From Candidatus Cloacimonadales bacterium (GTDB lineage: Bacteria; Cloacimonadota; Cloacimonadia; Cloacimonadales; JAFGVF01): DNA of 64,000 nt. Where the stretch lies: NCBI GenBank assembly GCA_963663475.2, contig CAXXJV010000001.1, positions 2,272,001-2,336,000 of the forward strand, in the 5' to 3' direction. The position numbers were made by a program, and so were the translations under genes. Positions 19,587 through 28,937 of this stretch are shown here, piece after piece (the first letter of the stretch is position 1; every line of letters starts with the position of its first letter). Under the pieces are notes generated by a model. That model made no database searches and had not been told where the DNA came from. It worked only from the letters and a program-made list of their open reading frames with translations.

Positions 19587-20664
19587 CTTCCTCTTCTTCT
19601 TTATCTTTTTCAGATTCATCAACTTGAGATTTTTCTAATTTATAAACATCTCTTTCCTCAAGAAGTTGATTCTCTTTCTCTAATCTTTCTCTTTCTTTTT
19701 TCTCTGCCTTTTCTCTTTCCCTATCTTGCTTTTCTTTTAACTTAGCAAGTCTCTTTGCATCTCGCTCTGCTTTTTCTTGGAGCTTAGCCTGCAGATTCCT
19801 CTTAGCATCATCACCTCGATAGAAATCATCATGAATATATTCATAACCTTCATAATAAATCTCTCTTTTCATGATTAACTCCTCAATTCCACCAAAATCT
19901 TCAGATTTTTCATAAATGGTTTCGAGGGTAAGTCTATTAAGAATATCATAGGCAAAATTTTCTACAATAGAACGATTTGTTTTAAAATTGATACTCGCCT
20001 TTTTAATTAAATTATCATTTTCATCATAATCATATTCTACAACTGTTATCAAAGAATCTAAATAATCTACTTTTCTTTGAGAATCAATTCTTTTGTTTTC
20101 ATCATATACGAAATAATCATAATAAACAGGAAATCCATCATAATCATAGCTTATAATTTTTTCAATTCTACCATCAGGAAACTTATGTTTAACATCAGAG
20201 TAAAGAGGATATCCAGCATCATTATAATACTCATATTTTGTTTGAGTCTTTGCTGCATTAGTAGAACTAATAATCCTCCTAAGTAGCTTTCCACCCCAAG
20301 AGTAAAGTGTTTCCTCAGTATCACCTAAATCATTCAAATGTTCAGTGGTATATCTCTCTGTGATAACATTATGGGTACTGTAAAAAGACCTAACATCTAA
20401 AGTATCAGAATAGGAAAAAGTATAATATCCTTGATATGAATTATTTCCACCATAACTTTGAATTTCTTTTATTCTGCCTTCATCATCAAACTCATAAAAT
20501 TTCTTTGTAGTTATGTATGTTCTTTGTAAATCATATTCTGGTAGAATTCTATGTGTTTTTACATAACAACGTTCAACCCCTTTAAAAAGTTCTAATGGTA
20601 GCTCTTGGGCAATAATTACTTGCAAGCTGAATAATATTAAAGTCACCAGGAAAATCTTTCTCAT
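19570..20664 (-). CDS. secreted hypothetical protein with YD-like beta repeats and a charged C-terminal coiled coil
   Basis: Signal peptide; YEFDDEGR, YVYDENKR-like (FVYDENKR), YDYDENDNL, FAYDILNRL; K/E/R-rich tail. Confidence 0.7.
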   Translation of the reverse strand: MRKIFLVTLILFSLQVIIAQELPLELFKGVERCYVKTHRILPEYDLQRTYITTKKFYEFDDEGRIKEIQSYGGNNSYQGYYTFSYSDTLDVRSFYSTHNVITERYTTEHLNDLGDTEETLYSWGGKLLRRIISSTNAAKTQTKYEYYNDAGYPLYSDVKHKFPDGRIEKIISYDYDGFPVYYDYFVYDENKRIDSQRKVDYLDSLITVVEYDYDENDNLIKKASINFKTNRSIVENFAYDILNRLTLETIYEKSEDFGGIEELIMKREIYYEGYEYIHDDFYRGDDAKRNLQAKLQEKAERDAKRLAKLKEKQDREREKAEKKERERLEKENQLLEERDVYKLEKSQVDESEKDKEEEEATSQE

Positions 20665-20701
20665 CTTTTTATCCTTTCTTTAGACAAATTAACTATTACT
20701 A

Positions 20702-21343
20702 TTACATATCTTCTAAAATTTCTTCTATTGTTGTATATTCCTTGGAATCATTATTCATAGATAGACTATCTGGGGTAACTGACTCACTTAAAGAATCTGC
20801 TATAACTTCAATATCTTCGATTTCAGACTCGATATAAAGCTTAACTAGGCTTCCCTTGAGAACCTTGCTACCTATTTCAGGTTCAACTTCTACAACACTA
20901 TTTTGGTCATAAAGACCATAATTCTTTTTCACTAACTCAACTTCTAATCCTAGCTGTTTTAGTCTAGAACTAGCATTAATTGCATTCTCCTCAAGTATCA
21001 AAGGAATAACAACAAGCTGTCCACCATTTGATACTTCTAGCTTAATTCTACTTTTATTCTTAACTAACTTTCCAGCCTTAGGAAACTGAGAAATTACTGT
21101 TCTATCAGGATACTTAGGCGTTTTAATCCACTCAATTGATAAAGAATCATTAAGAACAAAGCCACTTTCTCTAAGTAATTTTTTTGCTTCAGAAAGCTCT
21201 AAGTCAATAACCTTAGGTACTTCTAAAGACTTACCTATATCTAATTTGACAGGTATAACAATCTTTGTTGCGATAACCAAGACAAAGGATATAAATATTA
21301 TAAACAATAAAACGGCAATTGCAAATGCTTTTAAATGCTTCAT
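20702..21343 (-). CDS. PASTA domain-containing membrane protein
   Basis: TM helix followed by two PASTA repeats (VPKVIDL..EAKKLL..VISQFPKAG; VVEVEPEIG). Confidence 0.85.
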   Translation of the reverse strand: MKHLKAFAIAVLLFIIFISFVLVIATKIVIPVKLDIGKSLEVPKVIDLELSEAKKLLRESGFVLNDSLSIEWIKTPKYPDRTVISQFPKAGKLVKNKSRIKLEVSNGGQLVVIPLILEENAINASSRLKQLGLEVELVKKNYGLYDQNSVVEVEPEIGSKVLKGSLVKLYIESEIEDIEVIADSLSESVTPDSLSMNNDSKEYTTIEEILEDM

Positions 21344-21346
21344 ATA

Positions 21347-22663
21347 TTAACTTTTCCTCTTCAATTTTGCTCCAAAAGAACCATCCATTAAATGAATATG
21401 GGGCATTGTCTTTAAATAGCCATTTGAAGTATATCTACTATCGATAAAATTATCAGCACTAACAAGCTCAAAGTTAGGATGCTTCTTTAGAAACTTTTCA
21501 ATCTGCTCTTCATTCTCTACTGGATTCATGGTGCAAGTTGAATAAATCATATATCCCTCAAGTCTAACAAATTTAGCAGCATAGTTCAATGCGGAAGACT
21601 GTAACTTTAAAAGTTCATTGTACTTTTGATGTGATTGCCAACGTAATTCTGATTTCTTACCTAAAACTCCCCAACCAGAACAAGGAACATCTAGTAAGAC
21701 CTTATCATAAGCTGGGGCTATTGGACCATAACTTAAAGCATCTTGAGTAATAAGCTTAATGTTACTTAATTGTAGTCTTTCAATATTTTGCTTTATTAAT
21801 TTAACTTTTTTAGGAAACTTATCTATAGCAATAATTTGTCCACTATTAGCCATTAACTCAGCCATATATGATGCTTTTCCACCTGGTCCTGCAAACATAT
21901 CAAGAATGTTATCTTCTTTTTGAGGTGAAACTAAATCTACAACTAATGCAGCTGCCGCATCTTGGATAGAATAATAACCTTCTGAAAAAGCTACATCGTC
22001 CAGAACTATCTGTGCTTTATCTGCCTTAAATACATTCTTTACACCAGGATAGGTGGTTAGTTTAACGCCTCTCTTCTCGAAATAAGGAATTAATTTCTCA
22101 ATGTTAGTTGCAATATTGTTTACTCTTATATTAATCTCAGGAAACTCATTGAAATACATTGCTAAATACTCAGTATCTTCAATACCGAAGATTGGTATCC
22201 ATTTTTCTATTAGATCTTTAGGATATGAATGCTCAATAGCTATTCTATCAATATCATCTTTAGGTAATTCTATTTCAGGATTCCTTAGATAGTTCCTAAG
22301 TACCGCATTAACAAAATCCGCAGTATTTTGACTAAAAAGTTCTTTAGTTAGTTCAACAGTGGTATCTACAGCTGAATGGTCTGGAACACTATCAAGATAT
22401 TTTATCTGAAAAAGACCAAGATATAAGAGAATCTTTATTTTTAAATCTGTCTTTTTATACTTGCTTTCTTCAGTGAGTTGTTGACAGATAAATTCTAATA
22501 ACAATTTTCTTTTAATAACACCCTTTACAAGTGTATAAAAAAACTCATGATTACCCTTACTCTTCTTTATTTTTTTTGCTTCATTGTTTAATAAACTAGA
22601 AGACATCTCATTATTCTTTAAAACTTTATTTATAACTTTATAAGCATGCTTTCTTTCTAACAT
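21347..22663 (-). CDS. rsmB: 16S rRNA m5C967 methyltransferase (NusB-like + MTase)
   Basis: FVNAVLRN, IQD, AGPGGK, LLDVPCSG, YSTCT, DGSF. Confidence 0.93.
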   Translation of the reverse strand: MLERKHAYKVINKVLKNNEMSSSLLNNEAKKIKKSKGNHEFFYTLVKGVIKRKLLLEFICQQLTEESKYKKTDLKIKILLYLGLFQIKYLDSVPDHSAVDTTVELTKELFSQNTADFVNAVLRNYLRNPEIELPKDDIDRIAIEHSYPKDLIEKWIPIFGIEDTEYLAMYFNEFPEINIRVNNIATNIEKLIPYFEKRGVKLTTYPGVKNVFKADKAQIVLDDVAFSEGYYSIQDAAAALVVDLVSPQKEDNILDMFAGPGGKASYMAELMANSGQIIAIDKFPKKVKLIKQNIERLQLSNIKLITQDALSYGPIAPAYDKVLLDVPCSGWGVLGKKSELRWQSHQKYNELLKLQSSALNYAAKFVRLEGYMIYSTCTMNPVENEEQIEKFLKKHPNFELVSADNFIDSRYTSNGYLKTMPHIHLMDGSFGAKLKRKS

Positions 22664-22666
22664 TTT

Positions 22667-23263
22667 TTAACCCTTTTTATAAAGACTTCTAATACTTTTC
22701 TTAATCAATTCCTCTACACCAATATCTGCTTCCTTAGAGATAATATCTTGAAAAACTCTCCTTATTTCAAAAGCTTTATATCCTAATGTTAATAAGGCTG
22801 ATTCCGCTTCTTTAGCAACATCATTTAATTTAGTTACACCAATCTCACTTGATTGAACTTCAATATCACCTACCTTGTCTTTAAGCTCAATAATCAATCT
22901 TTGGGCTGTTTTCTTTCCCAATCCTGGAACCTTTGATAATAAGGCATAATCATCACTGAGAATTGAATTAATCAGACTGCTAACTGGTAAAGCTGAAAGC
23001 ATTGAGATTGCAATCTTAGGACCTACTCTTGATATTGATATTAACTGGCGAAAAAGTGCTTTCTCTTCTGCACTTATAAATCCAAATAACCTAGTACCCT
23101 CATCATTTTGATGATAATGAATCAGTAACTTTACTTGACTTAGTCTATTGATCTTCTCATAAGTACTTAAGGGTATCTCTACCTCATAACCAACTCCATT
23201 ACAATCTATTACACAATATACAGGATTAATCTCTGTAAGTTTACCGTTCAAGTAATTAAACAT
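22667..23263 (-). CDS. ruvA: Holliday junction branch migration protein RuvA
   Basis: GVGYEV, LFGF, VGPKIA, VPGLGKKTAQRLIIELKDK. Confidence 0.96.
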   Translation of the reverse strand: MFNYLNGKLTEINPVYCVIDCNGVGYEVEIPLSTYEKINRLSQVKLLIHYHQNDEGTRLFGFISAEEKALFRQLISISRVGPKIAISMLSALPVSSLINSILSDDYALLSKVPGLGKKTAQRLIIELKDKVGDIEVQSSEIGVTKLNDVAKEAESALLTLGYKAFEIRRVFQDIISKEADIGVEELIKKSIRSLYKKG

Positions 23264-24045
23264 TAAATTTCCTTTTTCCTTAGCACTGAATAGCAGGTTG
23301 TTGAGTAAAAGTTTCTAACATATCTGATTTTCATAAAAAACTTGTTGAGAATTACTGGTTTTAATTTAAACTTTATTTCATAATTCGGATTTATTAAATA
23401 TAAGCGTAAATCCACAATATTAAGCAAGTTTCTTGCCACTAGCTTTTGGAAATATTCTAGAGTAACCTTAGATTTTCTAAGATCTACAAGTTCATCAATC
23501 ACAGCTTTTCTTTCTCCAGTAAGAACTAGTAATCCTCTGTAAAAATCACTCGGAAGGAGGTGAATAAAAGGTAGCTTAGATAGAAATGAATTTAACATTT
23601 GCTGGTGTCCACCGAATGGATTCTGCCATGGAGGAAAAGCAATAAAGATAAATCCATCTGCCTTAAGATGGCCTCTACAAAAAGCTAAAAGCCTTTCATG
23701 ATCTTCAATATGTTCAATTACATCTCTGAAAAAAATCAAATCAAATTCTCCTAAAGAATCCATTTCAAATATGTTTTTACTATATAAATGGCATTGTTTA
23801 TTGCTAATATAATCTGATAAGTATCTTTTGCCATTAGTAATTTTATCTTGAGCTAAATCAACTCCTACCACCTGACAATCAGCCTCAAGAAAAGGAACTA
23901 AATTGCCACCTTCCCCACAACCTATCTCTAAAACCCTAATTTCTTTAGTTGAAAGAAAAGTATTTAAGTAAGGAATTACATATTTTCTGCTTGTATATAC
24001 TTGCTCATTAAAATACTTTTTTCTATCTTTATGTCTCTTTTGCAT
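23263..24045 (-). CDS. class I SAM-dependent methyltransferase
   Basis: VLEIGCGEGG, DVIEHI, FPPWQNPFGGHQ. Confidence 0.85.
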   Translation of the reverse strand: MQKRHKDRKKYFNEQVYTSRKYVIPYLNTFLSTKEIRVLEIGCGEGGNLVPFLEADCQVVGVDLAQDKITNGKRYLSDYISNKQCHLYSKNIFEMDSLGEFDLIFFRDVIEHIEDHERLLAFCRGHLKADGFIFIAFPPWQNPFGGHQQMLNSFLSKLPFIHLLPSDFYRGLLVLTGERKAVIDELVDLRKSKVTLEYFQKLVARNLLNIVDLRLYLINPNYEIKFKLKPVILNKFFMKIRYVRNFYSTTCYSVLRKKEI

Positions 24046-24544
24046 AACCAGCTTCTATAAGATTTAAATTTCCAAATTTAACTTTATTAAAATGTGTGTA
24101 AGCTACTGCTAAGGCATCAGAAGCATCATCAGATTTTATTTCTTCTTTAAGTCCAATTATCTTCTGTATCATATGTCTTACTTGTAGCTTATTCCCATTT
24201 CCATTTCCTGTTACAGCCTTTTTTACTTCTCGAGGGGAATATTCATATACTGTGATATGAGACAAAGCACATGCTTGAAGTATAACACCTCTAGCATGTG
24301 CTAAAGTAATTGCAGATTGTATATTATTACCATAGAAAATAGTTTCCACTACAGCAATATCAGGCTTATATTCTTCTAAAATCTCGGTAATTCTAGTAAA
24401 TAATTCAGCTAATTTACCACTTAATTTAAGTTTAGCATTAAGTTTGATAACATCACAACCTGCAGCAACAATCCGTTTCTTTTCAATTTGCAAGATCCCA
24501 TAACCACAAAATCTGCTACCAGGATCAAAGCCAATTATTACCAT
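24029..24544 (-). CDS. ruvC: crossover junction endodeoxyribonuclease RuvC
   Basis: GFDPGS, VVE, ARGV, VKKAVTGNG, DDASDALAVA. Confidence 0.96.
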   Translation of the reverse strand: MVIIGFDPGSRFCGYGILQIEKKRIVAAGCDVIKLNAKLKLSGKLAELFTRITEILEEYKPDIAVVETIFYGNNIQSAITLAHARGVILQACALSHITVYEYSPREVKKAVTGNGNGNKLQVRHMIQKIIGLKEEIKSDDASDALAVAYTHFNKVKFGNLNLIEAGYAKET

Positions 24545-25294
24545 TTATTCTTGGTTTAATTTTTCCATTATTTCGTCAGATATATCAAAGTTAGCCCATA
24601 CTTTTTGAGTATCATCTAAATCATCTAAATGATCTAAAAGTTTCATTAATTTCTCGGCAACATCATCTGCATTAACTGTTGTTTTTGGAACTTTGATTAA
24701 TGCAGGTTCTTGTGGTTCATAACCAGCATCTTCAAAGTTTTTCATCACAGTATGAAAATCAGAAGCAACAGTATAAACTTCAAACATATCATCTTCAAGT
24801 TTTACATCTTCAGCACCAGCTTCTAATGCTTCCATCATGAATTCATCTTCATCTTTTCCCTCAGCAGGAATTAAGAAGAAACCTTTTTGTTCAAAGTTCC
24901 AGGAAACAGAACCTGATTCAGCCATTGATCCACCATATTTTCCTAAAGTGTGTCTAACTTCAGCAACAGTTCTATTCTTATTATCAGTTGTACAGTCAAT
25001 TAAAATGGCTACTCCACCATGTCCATAGCCTTCATAGGTGATTTCTTCATAGACTACACCTTCAATTTCACCAGTACCTCTTTTGATAGCACGTTCGATA
25101 TTGTCTTTAGGCATATTTTGAGAACGTGCAGCTTGAACAGCAGTTCTTAAGCGAGGATTTGATTCTAAATCACTTCCTCCCATACGAGCAGCGATAACAA
25201 TTTCTTTACCTAGTTTAGTAAAAACTTTTCCACGTTTTGCATCAGCAGCACCTTTTTTATGTTTAATCGAACTCCACTTATTATGTCCTGACAT
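24545..25294 (-). CDS. yebC: YebC/PmpR family protein
   Basis: MSGHNKWSSIKHKKG, NPRLR, YEGYG, TDNKNRT. Confidence 0.95.
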   Translation of the reverse strand: MSGHNKWSSIKHKKGAADAKRGKVFTKLGKEIVIAARMGGSDLESNPRLRTAVQAARSQNMPKDNIERAIKRGTGEIEGVVYEEITYEGYGHGGVAILIDCTTDNKNRTVAEVRHTLGKYGGSMAESGSVSWNFEQKGFFLIPAEGKDEDEFMMEALEAGAEDVKLEDDMFEVYTVASDFHTVMKNFEDAGYEPQEPALIKVPKTTVNADDVAEKLMKLLDHLDDLDDTQKVWANFDISDEIMEKLNQE

Positions 25295-25325
25295 TGGTTT
25301 TCCTCACTATTTTTAAATTTTTAAA

Positions 25326-25348
25326 GAGCCGACTTTATAAGTCGGCTC
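25326..25348 (-). terminator. terminator-like hairpin after the EF-G paralog
   Basis: GAGCCGACTT-TAT-AAGTCGGCTC. Confidence 0.7.
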
Positions 25349-25403
25349 ATGAATTATAAGTTATCTATTAGTTAAATTTATTTTGGTTTGATTTTTTGTC
25401 AAT

Positions 25404-27458
25404 TTATTCTTGTTCCTGTTTTGATTCTTCAATAATTTTGTTAGCTTCATCATTTGGAACTTTTTCATAGTGTGAGAAGCTTTGAGTGAATTTACCTCTA
25501 CCTTGGGTTAGAGATTTAAGGGTTGGGAAATATTTATAAATTTCTGCAAGAGGTAATTCAGCAGTAAGAATCTGTTTTCTACCTTCTTGTTCCATACCAA
25601 CGATTTTACCTCTACGAGTAGAGATATCACCCATTACATCACCCATGTATTCAGTAGGGATAACAATTTTCATACTATGGATAGGTTCTAAAAGAATAGG
25701 GTTACATTTTGTGAATCCATTCTTAAGAGCCATAGTAGAAGCTAATTTGAAAGCCATTTCTGAAGAGTCCACATCATGATAAGAACCGTAATAAAGGTCA
25801 CAATAGATATCAACAACAGGATAACCAGCAATAATACCATTTATCATTGTTTCATTAATACCTTTCTCAACAGCAGGAATATAACCAGAAGGGATAGTAC
25901 CACCAACAATAGAGTTAATGAATTCATAGCCTTCGCCTCTAGCTTTTGGTCCAATTCTCATGAAGACATGTCCGTATTGACCTTTACCACCAGATTGTTT
26001 CTTATGTTTATATTCAACATCAGTTTTTCCAGTGATAGTTTCACGGTAAGGAATTCTTGGAGCTTTGAGAACAGCATTAACCTTGTAACGATTTTTGAGT
26101 TTCTTCTGTAGTAAAAGTAATTGTTGTTCACTAGTACCAGAGAGAATATTTTCATGAGTTTCAACATTAAGTTTAAGGTTAATAGTTGGATCTTCATTCA
26201 TTAATCTTTGGATAGCAACACCAATTTTATCTTCATCATTTTGTGATTCACCAACAATTGACTTCCACATTACTGGGTCTGGGAACTTAACAGGAAGACA
26301 TTGCATGTTAGAAGCATTTTCTACAATAGAATCCATAGATCTAGCATATTTAAGTTTAACTAAAGCTCCGATTTCACCAGCTTTAATTTCACTAGCATCA
26401 ACTCTATTTTTACCTTGAGCATAGTAGAGGTTACCAATTTTGTCTTTATTTTCTTTTTCAGGAATATAGACATCGGTACCAGAAGTTAAAGAACCAGAGT
26501 AAAGTCTGAAGTAGGCAATATCACCCATAGTTGGATCAGCATAGTTTTTGAAAATGAAACCTAGTACTTTTCCATCAGGGGAGCAGACAAATTCTTTTTT
26601 CTCATCTTTTTCTAAGATTTCCATGTTAGCACAATCGGCAGGACTTGGAAGGTATTCAAGGATAGCTTCTAGAAGGTTAGTTAGACCAACTTGGCTAGCT
26701 GCAGAAACTGCGAATGCAGGCATAATAGAACCATTTTTAATAGCAGTTTTAGCACCTTTAATCATTTCATCTTGGGTAAGCTCACCTGCATCGAAGAATT
26801 TTTCTAACAGTTCTTCGTCTGATTCGGCAACTGCTTCCATGAGAGTATTTCTTTTTTCTTCGATTTCATCAGCCATATCTGCAGGGATATCAGCAACTTT
26901 ACCATCAATATAAGCTTTATTTTTTAAAATATCAATAACACCTTTGAAGGCACTTTCACTTCCGATTGGAATAACAAAAGGTGTTGCATTAAAATCTGAG
27001 TTTTCAGAAATAGTTTCTATAACTTTATTGAAATCAGAATGTTCTTGATCTAATCTATTAACAATTAATGCTCTAGCTTTAGATGAACCTTCTAATTGTT
27101 CAAGAGCTTTTTCAAGTCCAACTTCAAAACCACCAGCAGCATTAGCAACGACACAGATTGTTTCAACAGCTGGAAATACTGAGAGTTGGTCACCAATATA
27201 GTCTGGAGTACCTGGAGCATCTATAATATTAATTCTATGATTCTTATAATCAATAAAGCCACAGCTAAGAGATAAAGAGTTTTTCTTTTCAATCTCTTCA
27301 GGATCGAAGTCCATAACAGTGTTTCCATCATCGACTTTACCAATACGAGTAATCATTTTAGTTGTATATAGTAGGTTTTCTGCGAGGGTAGTTTTCCCAG
27401 CTCCACTTGAACCTAATAAGGCTATGTTTCGAATGTTTTTCATGTCATAATTCTTCAT
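25404..27458 (-). CDS. elongation factor G paralog (EF-G2-like, divergent G domain)
   Basis: Five-domain EF-G layout, HKKQSGGKGQYG, GSYHDVDSSEMAF, LLEPI. G motifs read GSSGAGKTT, DAPGT, NRLD. Not in an rpsL-rpsG-tuf operon. Confidence 0.9.
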   Translation of the reverse strand: MKNYDMKNIRNIALLGSSGAGKTTLAENLLYTTKMITRIGKVDDGNTVMDFDPEEIEKKNSLSLSCGFIDYKNHRINIIDAPGTPDYIGDQLSVFPAVETICVVANAAGGFEVGLEKALEQLEGSSKARALIVNRLDQEHSDFNKVIETISENSDFNATPFVIPIGSESAFKGVIDILKNKAYIDGKVADIPADMADEIEEKRNTLMEAVAESDEELLEKFFDAGELTQDEMIKGAKTAIKNGSIMPAFAVSAASQVGLTNLLEAILEYLPSPADCANMEILEKDEKKEFVCSPDGKVLGFIFKNYADPTMGDIAYFRLYSGSLTSGTDVYIPEKENKDKIGNLYYAQGKNRVDASEIKAGEIGALVKLKYARSMDSIVENASNMQCLPVKFPDPVMWKSIVGESQNDEDKIGVAIQRLMNEDPTINLKLNVETHENILSGTSEQQLLLLQKKLKNRYKVNAVLKAPRIPYRETITGKTDVEYKHKKQSGGKGQYGHVFMRIGPKARGEGYEFINSIVGGTIPSGYIPAVEKGINETMINGIIAGYPVVDIYCDLYYGSYHDVDSSEMAFKLASTMALKNGFTKCNPILLEPIHSMKIVIPTEYMGDVMGDISTRRGKIVGMEQEGRKQILTAELPLAEIYKYFPTLKSLTQGRGKFTQSFSHYEKVPNDEANKIIEESKQEQE

Positions 27459-27601
27459 TAATTTTCCCCCGTTTATGGATTTTTCAATTTAATAACCATT
27501 ATTGACAATAAATTATTAGGTGTCAAGAAAATATTATTTTTTTTTGATTTTACTAAAAAAAGTAATGCTTTTTATCTTAACACATCCATTAATAATCATT
27601 A

Positions 27602-28084
27602 TTATAATTTTTTATAGATTTCTTGTAATTGCTTGATAAAATCTTGTAGATTTGAGTTATCTTCAACTGGTGCATGCAGTTCTTTAGTTAAAAGAATCTT
27701 GCTTTCAGGTAATAATTCTTGAAGATGTTCAATAGTTTTACCTGGGCTTCCTCTATGAGAACAAGTCAGAACAATATTTTTGTTATCGAGATTAACTGAT
27801 GTTAAGAAAGATCTTAAAACTGGAGCAAATGTCCAGGCCCAGACAGGTCCACCTAAGATTATTAGATCATAATCTTGAGGATTGAAGTCGTATTTTTTTA
27901 AACTTGGAGTTTTTTTTCTTAGAGATTCATTACCACCTTGAAAGAGAATTTTTATACTACTATTAGTGTATTCTTTTTCAGGGACAAGTCTTAGGATATC
28001 GCAATTTAAAGTGTTTTCTAAGATTTTGGCAAACTTTTCATTATCACCAGAATAAGAAAAGTAAATAAAAATTGATTTAGTCAT
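27602..28084 (-). CDS. flavodoxin-like protein
   Basis: YFSYSGDN, YDLIILGGPVWAW. Confidence 0.85.
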   Translation of the reverse strand: MTKSIFIYFSYSGDNEKFAKILENTLNCDILRLVPEKEYTNSSIKILFQGGNESLRKKTPSLKKYDFNPQDYDLIILGGPVWAWTFAPVLRSFLTSVNLDNKNIVLTCSHRGSPGKTIEHLQELLPESKILLTKELHAPVEDNSNLQDFIKQLQEIYKKL

Positions 28085-28086
28085 TA

Positions 28087-28935
28087 TTACCTCGTTTTTC
28101 TTTTATAAACATAGAATTTATGGTGAGCCCAAAAGAGTTTGAGAAATCTTGGGCCATATTTTTCTAACCAATAATATTTCATCATATCATGGGCGAAGTT
28201 TGGCTTTTTATCTGTCCAGTAATCCAATACAGTAAGAATCTCTTTATTAACAGAATTAGTTTTTTCATTAATAAGAAAGTCTAGCTTTAGTTTTTTTAAG
28301 AAGTCTTCTTTAGCCATACCGATATCTGGCCAAGGGGGGCAATCAAAATAATCCCAATAGACTTGTTTCCAGCCTAAATTTTTCATGATTGCGTTGAAGT
28401 TTTTATGTTTGATATTATCTTCAATAAGGTATTTGTTAAGATCTTCTTTACCAAGGTATTTTTGACTTAGGTAACCTAGACCACATCTATTAGGGACTGC
28501 AAGAACAATTATTTTATTAGTTATTCTATCTAATTCAGTAAGGAATGACGTCAGGTCATTAGTGAACCAGAGGGCTGAGAAGTTCCAGGCCATATCCATG
28601 CTTTTATCAGCAAGCTTTAAGCTTGAATAATTATTGGTATAAAGAGATTTTAGAGGTATATTTGCTTCTTGCCAAACTTGATTAATTAATGATAATCTGT
28701 CTTCATCGTGGTCAATAAGAGTAACATCAACTCCAGCTTTAGCAAATCCCATTGAGTTGATTCCAGACATACCAGTGAAACCGAATGAAGGTGCTTCTAG
28801 AAGACTTTTTATATTATATTTAGTAATTATATTCATAATTCTTTCATGAATAATTATGCGTTCATAGCTTGAACCTAAGCCTTCATCAGGATTTTGGTAA
28901 TACTTCTTCCAAAAGTGAATAATTGGTATAGCCAT
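28087..28935 (-). CDS. conserved hypothetical protein, SAM-methyltransferase-like fold
   Basis: LLEAPSFGFTG in the motif I position, TLID, DMAWNFSALW, AVPN. Confidence 0.6.
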   Translation of the reverse strand: MAIPIIHFWKKYYQNPDEGLGSSYERIIIHERIMNIITKYNIKSLLEAPSFGFTGMSGINSMGFAKAGVDVTLIDHDEDRLSLINQVWQEANIPLKSLYTNNYSSLKLADKSMDMAWNFSALWFTNDLTSFLTELDRITNKIIVLAVPNRCGLGYLSQKYLGKEDLNKYLIEDNIKHKNFNAIMKNLGWKQVYWDYFDCPPWPDIGMAKEDFLKKLKLDFLINEKTNSVNKEILTVLDYWTDKKPNFAHDMMKYYWLEKYGPRFLKLFWAHHKFYVYKRKTR

Positions 28936-28937
28936 TC

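Noticed and set aside
19570-20664. Rhs/YD polymorphic toxin
   Set aside because: Only a few YD-like strands, no DPxG core end, and no toxin domain or immunity gene
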